Origin: Haliotis cracherodii
Taxonomy: Eukaryota
Assembly (NCBI RefSeq): GCF_022045235.1
Contig: NW_027266266.1
Span: forward strand, 35,340,001 to 35,404,000
Direction: 5' to 3'
Length of the DNA: 64,000 nt
Positions 12,413 to 25,618 of this stretch are shown here, piece by piece (positions within the stretch are counted from its first letter, which is position 1; every line of letters starts with the position of its first letter). A program made the translations under genes and the position numbers. The notes beneath the pieces are model-generated. The model was given only the letters and a program-made list of their open reading frames with translations, was not told where the DNA came from and did not search any database.

Positions 12413-12578
12413 CGGTGGGGTAGTCTAGTGGTTAAAGCGTTCACTCATCACGCCGAAGACCAGGGTTAGATTCCCCACATGGGTACCATGCGTGAAGCCG
12501 ATTTGTAGTGTCCCCCCACCGTGATATTGCTGGCATATTTCTAAAAGCAGCATAAAACTATACTCACTCACTCACTCA
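12413..12578 (+). mobile_element. SINE-A copy
   Basis: ggggtagtctagtggttaaagcgttcactcatcacgccgaagacc...(actc)n. Confidence 0.85.
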
Positions 12579-13064
12579 TTATTCATATCTCAACCATCAT
12601 AGTTGGCCTGTTCGCATACACCCAAAATATCATTCTGAACGAATACATACATATAATGTTGAGATGTGTTTGTGTGCAATATTTCCAGCCTGTGTTTGGT
12701 AGACAAGGCTGGGAACACATGATAGCATATCATTTTACTGTGTCTAAAACTAAGTGATCCCTTATTTATTTCCATCAATATATTTCTTATATACATATAT
12801 ATTTATACACTTGTATACTGACTTCAGATGTCATTAAATTACCAGCAAATCTGCAGACATACGAAGGTATATTTAATTGATTTAATTGACAAATATGCAC
12901 GCATGTGTAGTTAGTTATATGTGCACTCATGCGTAATATGAAAGTTAATGGGTTACGGAGTTAGTTAATGTTGTTTTATGCCACGGTCAGTAATATAACA
13001 ACTATAAGACAGCGACCAACTGAGCCACACGAACTTGTAGGGACTAGTTCCACATAGTGGTGAC

Positions 13065-13748
13065 CTGTCCCACTCAACCAAGGTATAGACAGGCCTGTTT
13101 GTCACTGTCCCACTCAACCAAGGTATAGACAGGCTTGTCTGTCACTGTCCCACTCAACCAAGGTATAGACAGGCCTGTTTGCCACTGTCCCACTCAACCA
13201 AGGTATAGACAGGTCTGTTTGTCACTGTCCCACTCAACCAAGGTATAGACAGGCCTGTCTGTCACTGTCCTACTCAACCAAGGTATAGACAGGTCTGTTT
13301 GTCACTGTCCCACTCAACCAAGGTATAGACAGGCCTGTTTGCCACTGTCCCACTCAACCAAGGTATAGACAGGCCTGTTTGTCACTGTCCCACTCAACCA
13401 AGGTATAGACAGGTCTGTTTGTCACTGTCCTACTCAACCAAGGTATAGACAGGCCTGTCTGTCACTGTCCTACTCAACCAAGGTATAGACAGGTCTGTTT
13501 GTCACTGTCCCACTCAACCAAGGTATAGACAGGCCTGTTTGCCACTGTCCCACTCAACCAAGGTATAGACAGGCCTGTTTGTCACTGTCCCACTCAACCA
13601 AGGTATAGACAGGCCTGTCTGCCACTGTCCCACTCAACCAAGGTATAGACAGGCCTGTTTGCCACTGTCCCACTCAACCAAGGTATAGACAGGCCTGTTT
13701 GTCACTGTCCCACTCAACCAAGGTATAGACAGGCCTGTCTGTCACTGT
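13065..13748. repeat. 40-bp minisatellite, ~17 copies
   Basis: Unit CTGTCCCACTCAACCAAGGTATAGACAGGCCTGTTTGTCA; contains the (near-)palindrome AGACAGGCCTGTCT. Confidence 0.95.
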
Positions 13749-14124
13749 GACAACCATTCATCTAAACATATTGTCAGAACGCAGGAAACACGAGTCCGGC
13801 TGACAATCTGGGCGTGACTGTTCGAGATGTTGAAATTCATTCCTATTCAGTCTATACAAGACATACATACCACTGCGTTGTTCATTACAGACGCCAGTCT
13901 TGACTGTAGCCGGAACACCAACCACAACACCCCCGTTCATTCTGTTTTACTATAGGCATTGTTAATTGTTCACTCACTTTGTTCAGTTATTGATCATCTT
14001 GTTCCTTCTTCCTGTTTAGTCACAGACAAGCTGTTTTTCATTTATTTATTTAGATATCAATCATGCAATTAGTTAACATATTTACCTTCTACGGAACGAT
14101 TCATTTATCTATCCGCAGTATTGT

Positions 14125-14263
14125 GTGTGTGTTTGTTTGTTGTTTAACGCCAATAATCCAGCTGCGAGTTTATGACGGATGATACGATGACATGCATCAA
14201 CCAAGTCGGCGAGTCCGATCACCCGATCCCATTAGTCGCCTCTTATGACACGCATAGTCGCCC
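14125..14263 (-). mobile_element. SINE-B, internally deleted, minus strand
   Basis: gtttgtttgttgtttaacgcc tail; atgacatgcatcaaccaagtc, ccgatccc, agtcgcctcttatgac are reverse complements of SINE-B segments. Confidence 0.75.
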
Positions 14264-15094
14264 GTAGTCTTTGAAAACGGGTTTTTAAAAAATAATTTTA
14301 TTTATTCAAAAGAACCTTTTCTCTTCTCAGGGAAACTAGAATTGCTTTAGTTTGATCTCAACTTGTCTAGGCTTTTAGTATGGCGCAGGACTAAGTCGAC
14401 CGCAGCATGTACCAGTGCGAACATTTATTCATTCACTCCATGCATCCTGGTTTGTCATAATCTGGAGATAACATGCATATTGCCGAGAGGTTCATTTCTT
14501 ATATATACAAATATGTATAATTGTTTCATTTTTTCCAATGCTCTTGTCCCATTGGAGTACATCTTCACATTAACACAATTAGTATAATCTAATTTGTTAT
14601 GCATAAAACGTCTTATTTTCCATTGCTACCACGACCGACAAAAACGAAGTATTTGCCTAGCTGGACGTTCAATCAAATATACGGGTTACCTTAGGCTAAA
14701 ACAGGAAATGTTTCTCACACATCGACGCGTCACTTTATCAACACATTTTTATTACCGATAAAAAAATATAGATATATTTAAGAGTTCCCGCGTCATAAAA
14801 AGCATTCTCTGTTATCCATAAAATAAAATGCCTGACAATACAAATGTATTGGAGGTTATTCAGTGTGTGCCCAAATGTGTTGGTTTGTATTCTTAGTGGA
14901 GAAATATAAAACTGTTCCTTCCACACTTTTGTTTTCATAACTTTAAAAAAAATAAAAATAGGTCATACCCTCTTTCTCACTATTAAGAAAATGTGCCCGA
15001 GAAACAGTTATTTTTATGCAGCCCAGAGACCGTCGGTATAAGGTCTCTGTGTAGCCTTATAAACATATACCGACATGAGAAATATGCGCTTAAG

Positions 15095-15722
15095 TAAGTA
15101 GCGAGCATGCGCTCTACCGCCCGACACTCGGCGTAGCGCCAGTCACGATGCCCGCGGCCGAAGCGAGAACATTTACCTTTGAGGCGGAAGATGGGGGTCT
15201 CACATTTGACCTATTTAGCATTTCAGAGTTGACGCGAAAACAACCCTTCCGTCATGGCGATGATAAGTCCCAATGATGAAACGTGGATTTGTTGGAGACA
15301 GAAGTTAGCCATGGACGGTGGATGTCGGCGTGTTAATATTCTATGAGCGTTTCTGTTTTGCGCACTTCGCGACAACACACCTGAATTATAGTTTACAAGC
15401 CTTCTTCATTACGAGAACCAAGAAGCTAGGAATAGTCTTATGTGAAAATATATGTCGACAAAAACATACATGTAAACGCGATTGCCTCTATTTTCTTACG
15501 TTGTTGACATTCATCTATTTATAACGTGATAGCGGAAGGCGCGTCACAACAGAGCGCGGCGAGCGAGTACAACTTTTATGAGTAGTTGTTTCTTTAGTAG
15601 CATCTGTGTGTGCCGAGTGAGTGTAGACGTGATTAGATGATCTTCGCCGTAAAAACACGACAATCAGAAGCAGTTGTGTCCCTGCCGGTGACCACGCCAG
15701 CCATGGAGGGGATGAGGTAGAG
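15095..15722 (+). promoter_or_regulatory. CpG-rich promoter / 5' UTR region of SH2B
   Basis: Local CpG enrichment compared with the CpG-poor gene bodies. NRF1-like gagcatgcgc (15103-15112), ETS core cggaag (15185-15190), E2F-like cgcgaaaa (15233-15240). TSS not determinable. Confidence 0.55.
15703..15720 (+). promoter_or_regulatory. Upstream ORF (MEGMR*)
   Basis: gccagccATGG strong Kozak context; TAG ends at 15720, 2 nt before the main ATG at 15723, in a different frame. Confidence 0.6.
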
Positions 15723-16382
15723 ATGGCGACAGTGAATGGAGACGAAGGGGTTGAGTCCCCACCACCTCATCTACCATGGGGTTTATTTTGTGAACAGCAT
15801 GCGAAGGCCGCAGCTCAGGAGTTTGTGCGATCCTTCCTCTTATATCAAAGGAGTTCCAGTTTAACGGACTCTCGGGACCCCTGTGATTATTCCCGAAAAT
15901 TTGTGGAATGTTTTCAACGTCAATTCGCCCTTGAAATTCGTAGATCGTCTTTTGTGTTAGATCAGAGTGCTGAAGCCAAACTGATTGTACCCGAGGAAAC
16001 CCCCCCTCATGAAAATGGCTCGGCTGATTATACTGACCAGGACATACATCTCGAAGAGGCTAGCCCTTCCAAAAAAACACACAAAAGTCTACTACGCAGA
16101 TTATCATTTAAAAACATTCGAAGAGGGAGATTATTTAAGCAATCTTCAGACGAGCTTGATGTATCTGACAATAATCACAGAAAACACAAGCACAAACATG
16201 AGAAATCGAAACAAGGAAAATTGACGAGCAAATCCGAGGGACAAATCGAATTGAAAAAAGAGGGGGTTGTCAATGTTCTCAGCGGCGAGGATTCTAAAGG
16301 AAAATCCAAATGGGAGCGGACACGTTTAGTACTTCTCAAAACCACAGGAGGATATTTGCTGGAATTTTATTCACCCCCTAAG
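15723..16382 (+). CDS. SH2B: SH2B adaptor protein (Lnk/SH2B1-like) exon 1: Phe-zipper dimerisation domain, basic region, start of PH domain
   Basis: WGLFCEQHAKAAAQEFVRSF..YSRKFVECFQRQF (Phe zipper); KWERTRLVL..GYLLEFYSPPK|gtaggc (PH); 660 nt, phase 0. Confidence 0.93.
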
Positions 16383-17163
16383 GTAGGCAGCGTATTGTGA
16401 TGTAACCGGCTGTGTTTACCAGCGAGACCCGCATTCCTGGGGATATCGCGGCTGTTTACCCAACCGAGGTCGAGATGTCACAAATCGGGTTAGGTTTATA
16501 ACTGACAACGGTTCAAGACTGGGGTTTATTTTAAGGGCTGTTTATGTGTGCAAGCCTCCCGAATATTTGGAGGACCGCTTTTCCGTACACATCCCACATA
16601 AGTCAAGTCAATCTTGTCACTGCATGGGAGTTCTCCCGGATAGGTCGATATTGGCATTCATGGCAGCGGGGCTTCGTCATTCACAACTCTGCCATTGTCC
16701 AATAATCAAATTTACTCGAGTACAACCGACTTTGACCGTGGTCCCTGTTTACAGTGTTAATCCGAATGGGAACGATATTGTCTGGCTAAACACCACAATT
16801 GATAACACATTCCTATAGGCTGATGGGTGCGCCCCACGGGGCATAGATCAGCTGTTTTTCAGCAGGAATGTTGTCAAATATCGCGGCCTGGGCTGTTTGT
16901 CATCCCATCAAGACAAAATTATTATGTCAATTTTCAACAGCTTGAAACATTGGTTTCATTCTTCAATGCTAATGCATGTAATGGCAGGATTTGATGTGGT
17001 CCAGGGTGGTTTATGGGAGCTTTGCTACATAGTAAATGATTATACTGTTCACATTGTTATGTGAAACAATGTTGTAAATGTCACAACATTAACATTATGC
17101 AAACTATTTTTATTGTACAACAATGCTCTCTTTGGTTCAATATTTTTATCATCAACTATTAGT

Positions 17164-17166
<3 letters not shown>

Positions 17167-17209
<43 letters not shown>
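17167..17209. repeat. (TA)n microsatellite
   Basis: About 21 TA units. Confidence 0.95.
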
Positions 17210-17210
<1 letters not shown>

Positions 17211-18494
17211 TGGTAATGCTTTGTTGCAGTGTTTTTCATGGTTGTAAATATGTGCATATTTTGAAATAGGCAAAACAGTACTGTTTATTCATCTTATGCT
17301 ACCATCAAGCATTATTATGCCCTTAGTTATAAGTCGCTTTTCAGAATATGTCTGATAAGGTGATTCTGAAACATTCTGCTTAGTGGTGTTAATTGAACCC
17401 AATTATGCCTTACACTATTGGTCTGTTCTTATTTATTTACATGCTTCTGAAACTCTTTTAGTTGTTGTTTCAGCCGCTAAGTGTTAATCACTGGTAGTTG
17501 TTACATACTATTGTCTATTTGGCTTTTTAACACTTGCTTCGAAAGGCTGCATCAAATCTTATAGTAAAAATTAAAGATTTTCTTATTCTGCAAGATTTTA
17601 TTATCTATAATTAATGTTGTAGTTTTGCAAATGTTACTTGTATTTCATTATGACAGGACCAATAAAAAGGAAGGAGCTTTGAGGCTTGATTGCTTCACTG
17701 AATGTGATAGAAATATCCTCTGAATAGATGAAAAAAGAAAATCCCAAAATAATTCTTAACCTTATTTGCCTGCCAGGGACACTTTAAACTCCAAGATACA
17801 TCCGTGACTTGTTATATTTGAGTTGTTACAGGGTTTGTATTGGGAATAATTTTGTATATTTGGGGAAGGATACCATTAAAGGGACCACATGGTCAATCAC
17901 CATTTAGGAGATATTGTTAACTGGATGATTAATGTTTGTGTGCTGTATGAGTGAAACAATGATTAATTGACAGGGCACTACATCGTCAGTTTTAAAGCTG
18001 TTCAGTTCAGTTTTTGGTTATTTTGGAGGGATGACATAGTGGATTATGAATCCACTCTTCTAATTAATACGGCCATGTGGCCCCATTGCTGGTAGCCTCC
18101 CCATTTATTTAAACATCTACTGAACAAAAACATTAGGGATCATGAATGATTTTGGGGATATTATGAAATTGTGTGCTAAGTCTTCGGTGCAAAAACATAT
18201 CCCCAGAAATATTCCTGACCCTGAATGTTTCTGTTCAGCCTATATGTTATTGACTGATCCCAAAAGATTGGATAATATGCTTGCTCACTCCACTCCTTAA
18301 ACATTTATAAGATAACAAAGCACAGTTTGACTGAATGTCATGACTTGGGGACAGGACAAAGTAAAATATACATGGAAATGTTTCTCATATTTTTATTGTC
18401 TCGGTCATGTGATATTCTAGGAATTTTATTACCAATACTATACTCCTAATACTTGAGTAGTTTGTAATTTTCGTTTATGTGTGAAAATGAAAAA

Positions 18495-18657
18495 TCTTTC
18501 AGCTGTCTGACATTTGGCTGTAAATAGTCGAGTCTGGACCAGGCACCCAGTGATTGATATTATGGGATATTATCAACAACATTGGGTACAATGACATGGT
18601 GTCAACCAAGTCACTGAGCATGACCACCCCATCTGTTTAGTTGTCTTTCACGACAAG
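18495..18657 (-). mobile_element. SINE-B, degenerate, minus strand
   Basis: ctgtaaatagtcgagtctggacc..ccagtgattga..atgacatg..caaccaagtca..gaccacccc are reverse complements of the SINE-B body. Confidence 0.7.
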
Positions 18658-19589
18658 CCTATGAAATAATTTAAAAAAACAAGACAGATGGGCAGGTGAC
18701 CCTTAAGTGTGGCCCGCTTTAAGACATTATGAATATTTAAAAATCTTTAAAAAAAGAAGACACAATTCATGTCTTGATTCAGTTGAAATAATGAAAACAA
18801 TTACTCGATAATCTACAACATGTACAGGGAGTTATGATAAAATTGAATATGTAAGTAGTCTTAAAATGTTCTGCCAGATAGTCAGGCAGGTGGAGGGAAG
18901 CGTCATGCAGCCTGACAAATGTTTCCAGACATGGGCAGGGAGGCAGTTATTTTGGACACTGTTGAGGACCAATATTCTTATCTGGGATCCACACAATGCA
19001 GGATATATTATTCTATTGAGCTTTGTCGTAGCACTTGGACATGTTGGAGCCAGAAAGAGTGTAGTGAATGCTGCTTTAGCAGAGATTAATCTGGGATTCC
19101 AAACAAATTGCCCTTGGCATTCAAACTGGGAAAAACTGATTATTATTGTCATATTAGGAGGTATTTTAACACTGCATTCAATGCAATAGTGTAAAACTAA
19201 GCACTAAAGCCTTTTAGATCCTCTTTATTGCCTATGCATGCATTGCCTCTACAAGGCCTTAACATTGGTTATCATTGGTTTGAACTCTATGAATTGGGAA
19301 AATTTGTAATTCCAAATTGGGAAGTTGTACTGACTTGGGGTCGATAGTCGGCCTCAGAGCAGATCTAGACAAATCCGTGTTTGGTGCAAGGTATTTCATG
19401 CAGTCGTCAGTATTGATGCTGGAGCAGTATCATTGCAGCCTGAAGATAATGAATTCTGTACCAGATAAACCAGTGGTTGATAGCATAAGTAAGCAGTTCC
19501 TGCAGTCAGGATATGATGTTACAAACAAGATGGTTTGTACTAAAGAGCTATTCTCTCTTGTGACACACATGGCATACTGAAGACTATTC

Positions 19590-21482
19590 TGTTTTGTAAC
19601 AGTCATGGAGAGTTATTGTGTCTTGTGACAGTCATGGAGAGGTATTGTGTCTTGTGACAGTCATGTAGAGTTATTGTGTCTTGTAACAGTCATGGAGAGG
19701 TGTTGTGTCTTGTAACAGTCATGGAGAGTTATTGTGTCTTGTGACTCATGTAGAGTTATTGTGTCTTGTGACAGTCATGTAGAGTTATTGTGTCTTGTGA
19801 CAGTCATGTAGAGTTATTGTGTCTTGTAACAGTCATGGAGAGGTGTTGTGTCTTGTAACAGTTATGGAGAGTTATTGTGTCTTGTAACAGTCATGGAGAG
19901 TTATTGTGTCTTGTAACAGTCATGGAGAGTTATTCTGTCTTGTGACAGTCATTGAGAGGTGTTGTGTCTTGTGACAGTCATGGAGAGGTGTTGTGTCTTG
20001 TAACAGTCATGGTGAGTTATTGTGTCTTGTGACAGTCATGGAGAGGTATTGTGTCTTGTAACAGTCATGGAGAGTTATTCTGTCTTGTGACAGTCATGGA
20101 GAGTTATTGTGTCTTGTGACAGTCATGGAGAGGTGTTGTGTCTTGTGACAGTCATGTAGAGTTATTGTGTCTTGTAACAGTCATGGAGAGTTATTGTGTC
20201 TTGTGACAGTCATGTAGAGTTATTGTGTCTTGTAACAGTCATGGAGAGGTGTTGTGTCTTGTAACAGTCATGGAGAGTTATTGTGTCTTGTAACAGTCAT
20301 GGAGAGTTATTGTGTCTTGTAACAGTCATGGAGAGTTATTGTGTCTTGTGACAGTCATGGAGAGGTGTTGTGTCTTGTGACAGTCATGGAGAGGTGTTGT
20401 GTCTTGTGACAGTCATGGAGAGGTGTTGTGTCTTGTAACAGTCATGGTGAGTTATTGTGTCTTGTGACAGTCATGGAGAGGTATTGTGTCTTGTAACAGT
20501 CATGGAGAGTTATTGTGTCTTGTAACAGTCATGGAGAGGTGTTGTGTCTTGTAACAGTCATGGAGAGGTGTTGTGTCTTGTAACAGTCATGGAGAGTTAT
20601 TGTGTCTTGTAACAGTCATGGAGAGTTATTGTGTCTTGTAACAGTCATGGAGAGTTATTCTGTCTTGTGACAGTCATGGAGAGCTATTGTGTCTTGTGAC
20701 AGTCATGGAGAGGTGTTGTGTCTTGTGACAGTCATGGAGAGCTATTGTGTCTTGTAACCGTCATGGAGAGTTATTGTGTCTTGTAACAGTCATGGAGAGG
20801 TGTTGTGTCTTGTAACAGTCATGGAGAGTTATTGTGTCTTGTAACAGTCATGGAGAGCTATTTTGTCTTGTGACAGTCACGGAGAGTTATTGTGTCTTGT
20901 AACAGTCATGGAGAGCTGTTGTGTCTTGTGACAGTCATGGAGAGGTGTTGTGTCTTGTAACAGTCATGGAGAGGTGTTGTGTCTTGTAACAGTCATGGAG
21001 AGTTATTGTGTCTTGTAACAGTCATGGAGAGGTGTTGTGTCTTGTAACAGTCATGGAGAGTTATTGTGTCTTGTGACAGTCATGGAGAGGTGTTGTGTCT
21101 TGTGACAGTCACGGAGAGTTATTGTGTCTTGTGACAGTCATGGAGAGCTATTTTGTCTTGTGACAGTCATGTAGAGTTATTGTGTCTTGTAACAGTCATG
21201 GAGAGTTATTGTGTCTTGTAACAGTCATGGAGAGGTGTTGTGTCTTGTAACAGTCATGGAGAGTTATTGTGTCTTGTGACATCATGGAGAGGTGTTGTGT
21301 CTTGTAACAGTCATGGAGAGTTATTGTGTCTTGTAACAGTCATGGAGAGCTATTTTGTCTTGTGACAGTCATGGAGAGGTGTTGTGTCTTGTAACAGTCA
21401 TGGAGAGGTGTTGTGTCTTGTGACAGTCATGGAGAGTTATTGTGTCTTGTGACAGTCATGGAGAGGTGTTGTGTCTTGTAAC
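19590..21482. repeat. 29-bp minisatellite, ~65 copies
   Basis: Unit ACAGTCATGGAGAGTTATTGTGTCTTGTA with variants. Confidence 0.95.
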
Positions 21483-21941
21483 ATTATACAGGGTGAGAAC
21501 TATGGGAGACTGTTATGATTATATGTTATATAGCAGCATATATACATTATACAAGGTGAGAACTATAGGAAACTGTTGTGATTATATGTTCTATAGCAGT
21601 ATATACACTTTATACAGGGTGAGAACTATGGTATACTGTTATGATTATATGTTGTATAGCAGTATATACACTTTATACAGGGTGAGAACTATGGTATACT
21701 GTTGTGATTATATGTTGTATAGCAGTATATATAATTTATTCAGGGTGAGAACTATGGTATACTGTTGTGATTATATGTTGTATAGCAGTATATATACTTT
21801 ATTCAGGGTGAGAACTATGGTTTACTGTTGTAATTATATGTTGTATAGCAGTATATATACTTTATTCAGGGTGAGAACTATGGTTTACTGTTGTCAGGTT
21901 GTGATTATATGTTGTATAGCAGTATAGATATACGATACAGG
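21483..21941. repeat. 63-bp minisatellite, ~7 copies, abutting the 29-bp array
   Basis: Unit TATACAGGGTGAGAACTATGGTATACTGTTGTGATTATATGTTGTATAGCAGTATATACACTT. Confidence 0.9.
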
Positions 21942-22054
21942 CTACTCAGTGTGTTCACACCGTTGTTTGTTTGTGCTGTGATAAGACACCTTGTGTCAGC
22001 AGGATGTAGATGAATCTCAGATACAGGATGTGTGATGCAGGCTATCTGTACGAG

Positions 22055-22260
22055 TCCGTTGTTGCTGCTGCAGCAGGTTGATGCGGATATACCTAAAAAG
22101 GATTAGGTGGTCAGGCTCAGTGGTTGATTGCATGTCATTGAGCCCCGATGGAGTGGGATGGTGCTCATAATATCAGTCACTGGTTTGTCCTGTCCGGATG
22201 GGATCCTTTACAGGGTGTTGTAGCTGTATTATTGCTGACTGTGGTGTAACAAACAAACCA
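22055..22260 (+). mobile_element. Old degenerate SINE-B
   Basis: gggattaggtggtcaggctc..ggttgattgcatgtcat..tgctcataatatcagtcactgg..attgctgactgtggtgtaacaaacaaac. Similar decayed copies at about 23470-23650, 27320-27515, 29290-29470 and 50110-50215. Confidence 0.6.
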
Positions 22261-23911
22261 GTAAAACTGTGTAGCTACCAGACAGGTCCCTGTTAGAATG
22301 GCTGCTTCATTGGTGTTAACAGTGTAGTTTTATACATTACTAAACTAGTCCCCCTTAAACATGTTAAAGACTTTTTTTTTGTATTTTCAGAATATATTAA
22401 ATATCAAGTGTAGTTATATATTTATGACTCACTTATCATGCTTATACTTTTTCTAATGTTATCTAAATTCAACCTAGAGACAATGATGTTGCTGGTAAAT
22501 GTGCTGTATCAGTACAGTAGTAATTATTTATCTCAGGGATATCTGTTCCATGTGATATCCAATCAGAGTGATATCTATTTCTACTTTGGTGATAATGTTC
22601 AGTGCGATATCAGTTCACTTCAGTGATCTGTGTTCAGTGTTCCTCTGGGGGAATGGTGCAGCCCTGATTGTATGATCTTGACTTTGCTGAGCATTTGCCC
22701 TGAAAGTTCTGGTACAATATGTATAATGCAATACTTTTAAAATAATATCATGAGTCAAATATTGCGAATATATCCTAATTTTGATATAACCGAGAAAAGT
22801 GAAAGTGGGTTCTATTTTAGAATCATTTGTTAATATCAGATGTTATTTTTCTAAACACAAATATGATTAATTGAATACTAGAAATATGATATTGCTTAAT
22901 ATCAATCAATGCCAGTTTGTAGATAATTTTGATAAAGGCTTGTATTGATACTGTATGAAATTTGATGTTCATATAAAACATTTGATAATACAGTGGTGCA
23001 TTGTTGCATTGTTACAGTCTCGAGAGCTTTGATGCAGATGCCCCTCCATCGATTTCTATAGCTATATCATGGATGATTGTTTATCAGATCAAGTGACAAA
23101 TGTCAAACATTATTTCAACCAAATATTGTTGTACATACAAATTGTTTTGTAAGTTTTACCTGTAAACAATTTTTTTCTGCCCATCAATATGAATGGTCTT
23201 CACCTTCCCTTGTTGCGAGATCGGCTGTGATGTAGGATATTTTTACGTCTCCTGCTTACATGGCAGTTAGGTTAGCTTGATTCACCTTTCTTGTGTTACG
23301 AGATCGGCTGTGATGTAGGATACTTTTAGGTAATAGCTTGAAAGGTTTTTTTTTTTTTTATAAAGGTGTTGTTTTACTGGTTCAGATTCTTTTATCAATC
23401 TTGATTTTCTTCCTGGTTAGTGTGCATGCATTGTTTGGAATACTAGTTGGAGTAGATCCACGGTGGTACAGGGGCACCAGGTGGTCCAGCTCTGTCAATG
23501 ATTGTGTGTCATCATAACAAGTAACGCTAGTCTTGTATCATGCTCTCATCCACTGGTTTTGTTGGCCCAGACTTGACTGTTTACAGATTGCTGTTATATA
23601 CATGGAATGCTGCCGGCTCACACTGGCCTTAAACAGCAAACACAACAAAAACAATATGGCATCAGATACAATGGTGGAATCTGTGTTTGTGGACTGTCCA
23701 AATGACCTTTATTATTATGGGTAATAAATATGTACAATGTGACCCTATGATGTATGCCACAGTGATGCATGTTTGTACACCATGTCATGCACATTGTGGA
23801 ATAGTCCAGTGATGTGACATTGAACACATTTTTGAGTTTTGAAAGGACATTTTTCTGCATCATACCGAGTTTGAAAATAATCATGCAGAAGACATGGGTA
23901 CAATGTATGAA

Positions 23912-24123
23912 TTCCTGCGATGATCCGGACTAGAATTAGTCTTCAGCAACTCAAGCTTGTTGTAAAGAGGCGCTGGTGGGATCGGGTGGTCAGACTCACT
24001 AACTTGGTTGATGCATGTCATCGTAACCCAGTTGCATAAATTGATGCTTATGATGTCAATCACTGGATTGTCTGGTCCTGACCCGATTATTTACAGACGT
24101 TAAGCAACAAGCAAACAAACAAA
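23912..24123 (+). mobile_element. SINE-B nested inside a SINE-A remnant
   Basis: TSD acaatgt(a/g)tgaa at 23900-23911 and 24124-24135; the flanks rejoin to SINE-A 'gacatgggtacaatgtgtgaagcccat'. Confidence 0.8.
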
Positions 24124-25618
24124 ACAATGTGTGAAGCCCATTTGTGGTGAGTTAAACCATACTCACTCACTCTGAACATTTATACTGGTCATTTTCTCAG
24201 AATCTGTACCAATCTGACGAAAGCTGTAAATGACCTGTGACAGCAGCTATTGCAAACTCTGTTATTGAGGGATTCTGTCAGTCAACAATTGTGGAGACAA
24301 ATTGCAGAATTTGCCCATTTTGTGTGATCAATACTCTATTACAGCACATTGTGGTGGAATGTTATCAGACAGACAATCTGGATGAGGGCATTATAGATAT
24401 GCAAATTTATATCTGAAATGAAATTATACAATGATTTTTAGGTCATTTTTAAAGTTAATCTGCATGGTTTTGGTAAGATGGAAATGAAGTTTCTGTAAGG
24501 CATTTAGTCACAAAAATATATACAACTTGTACCACGTTAAGTTTGGGCATTTTTCATATTTACACAGTGTCTAGCAGAATTTCATTCAGAATTAAGAAAA
24601 AATATAATAAAATTTACAGAATGTTACAAAGAAATACTTCAATACATGAATAAGTCACTTCACTTATTTTGTGGCAGTGATTCTGTAGCTGACATGGGTG
24701 AAGATTGTGATATGTGATGTATGTACTATGGTTACATTTCACTTCCTTGTACACAGTACATCAAGTCTAAGCCTGCTACTTCAAGTTACAACCAACCTGG
24801 GTCATACAGGCTGTTGACTGAGTGCTTCTTGGTTACAACAGTTCTCACAAGTTATGTGATGAGCATTCCCCGCGTGTTGTAACACAGGAGGTGTAGAGTG
24901 ACTGGTGAGTCAGCCCAGGTATACATACACCTGATACCAGCCTGGCTGCCACCGCCATGCACTGGAGCACCATGATGAATGGCCTGTTGTGATCACTTAG
25001 ATTGATGAATAATATGTCCTGGGTATTTGTCATATTTGGCTCCCCGGGGATTCTGACACACCATCAGTGGCATGCTGTGTCCAAAAAGTCAGAATTCAGT
25101 GCCCCCCAAAATAGTTGTTAAATTTGTGTCTGAGCAGCATGAGCAGAACTTAATTATTTGTTTTGAAATGTAAAGAGCATGACACTTTTAGGAGCATGAG
25201 AAACAAGAGAGTTACTTTAACAAACCTTAATGAGATCACCAAATGAGTATTATAGCACCCTTAAATATTTAAAAGCATGTTCAAACTGACAAGTAGCTCA
25301 TTGAATTTTGTGCTCAATAGAATAATGTAAAAAGACAATCAATTATGATTGCTGCATGTGGAGCAATTGGCTAGTTATGTATGTAATTTTGAGTGGCTTC
25401 TAGCTGTGTTGGCAAAGTCCACATGATCTGGTGCCTGCTTCAGTTACAACATACCTAGAAAAGCTCAGCTACTTCACCAGAAACATGTTACTCCACATTT
25501 GTCCACACACCTACAGCAAAAAGTATCATGAGGGACCATCACAATCTGTCTTTATCATATATTTATATCTAAGGAAAGGAGTGATTGTTTCAATATTAAA
25601 CACTACGTCATGCACATA

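Noticed and set aside
13065-13748. CRISPR-like appearance of the regular repeats (also other arrays)
   Set aside because: No unique spacers, no cas genes, and a eukaryotic context.
14691-15025. Possible MITE with tgtttctc/gagaaaca inverted ends (similar hints at 6220-6510, 41160-41250 and 50685-50900)
   Set aside because: The inverted repeats are too short or degenerate and no TSD is visible; cannot be supported without a library search.
16383-16400. ORF-track extensions past splice donors (also 1197-1373, 55310-55444)
   Set aside because: Family similarity stops at canonical GT donors; the extensions are intronic.
23199-23330. ~50-bp direct duplication (cgagatcggctgtgatgtaggata twice)
   Set aside because: An ordinary local duplication with no further structure.
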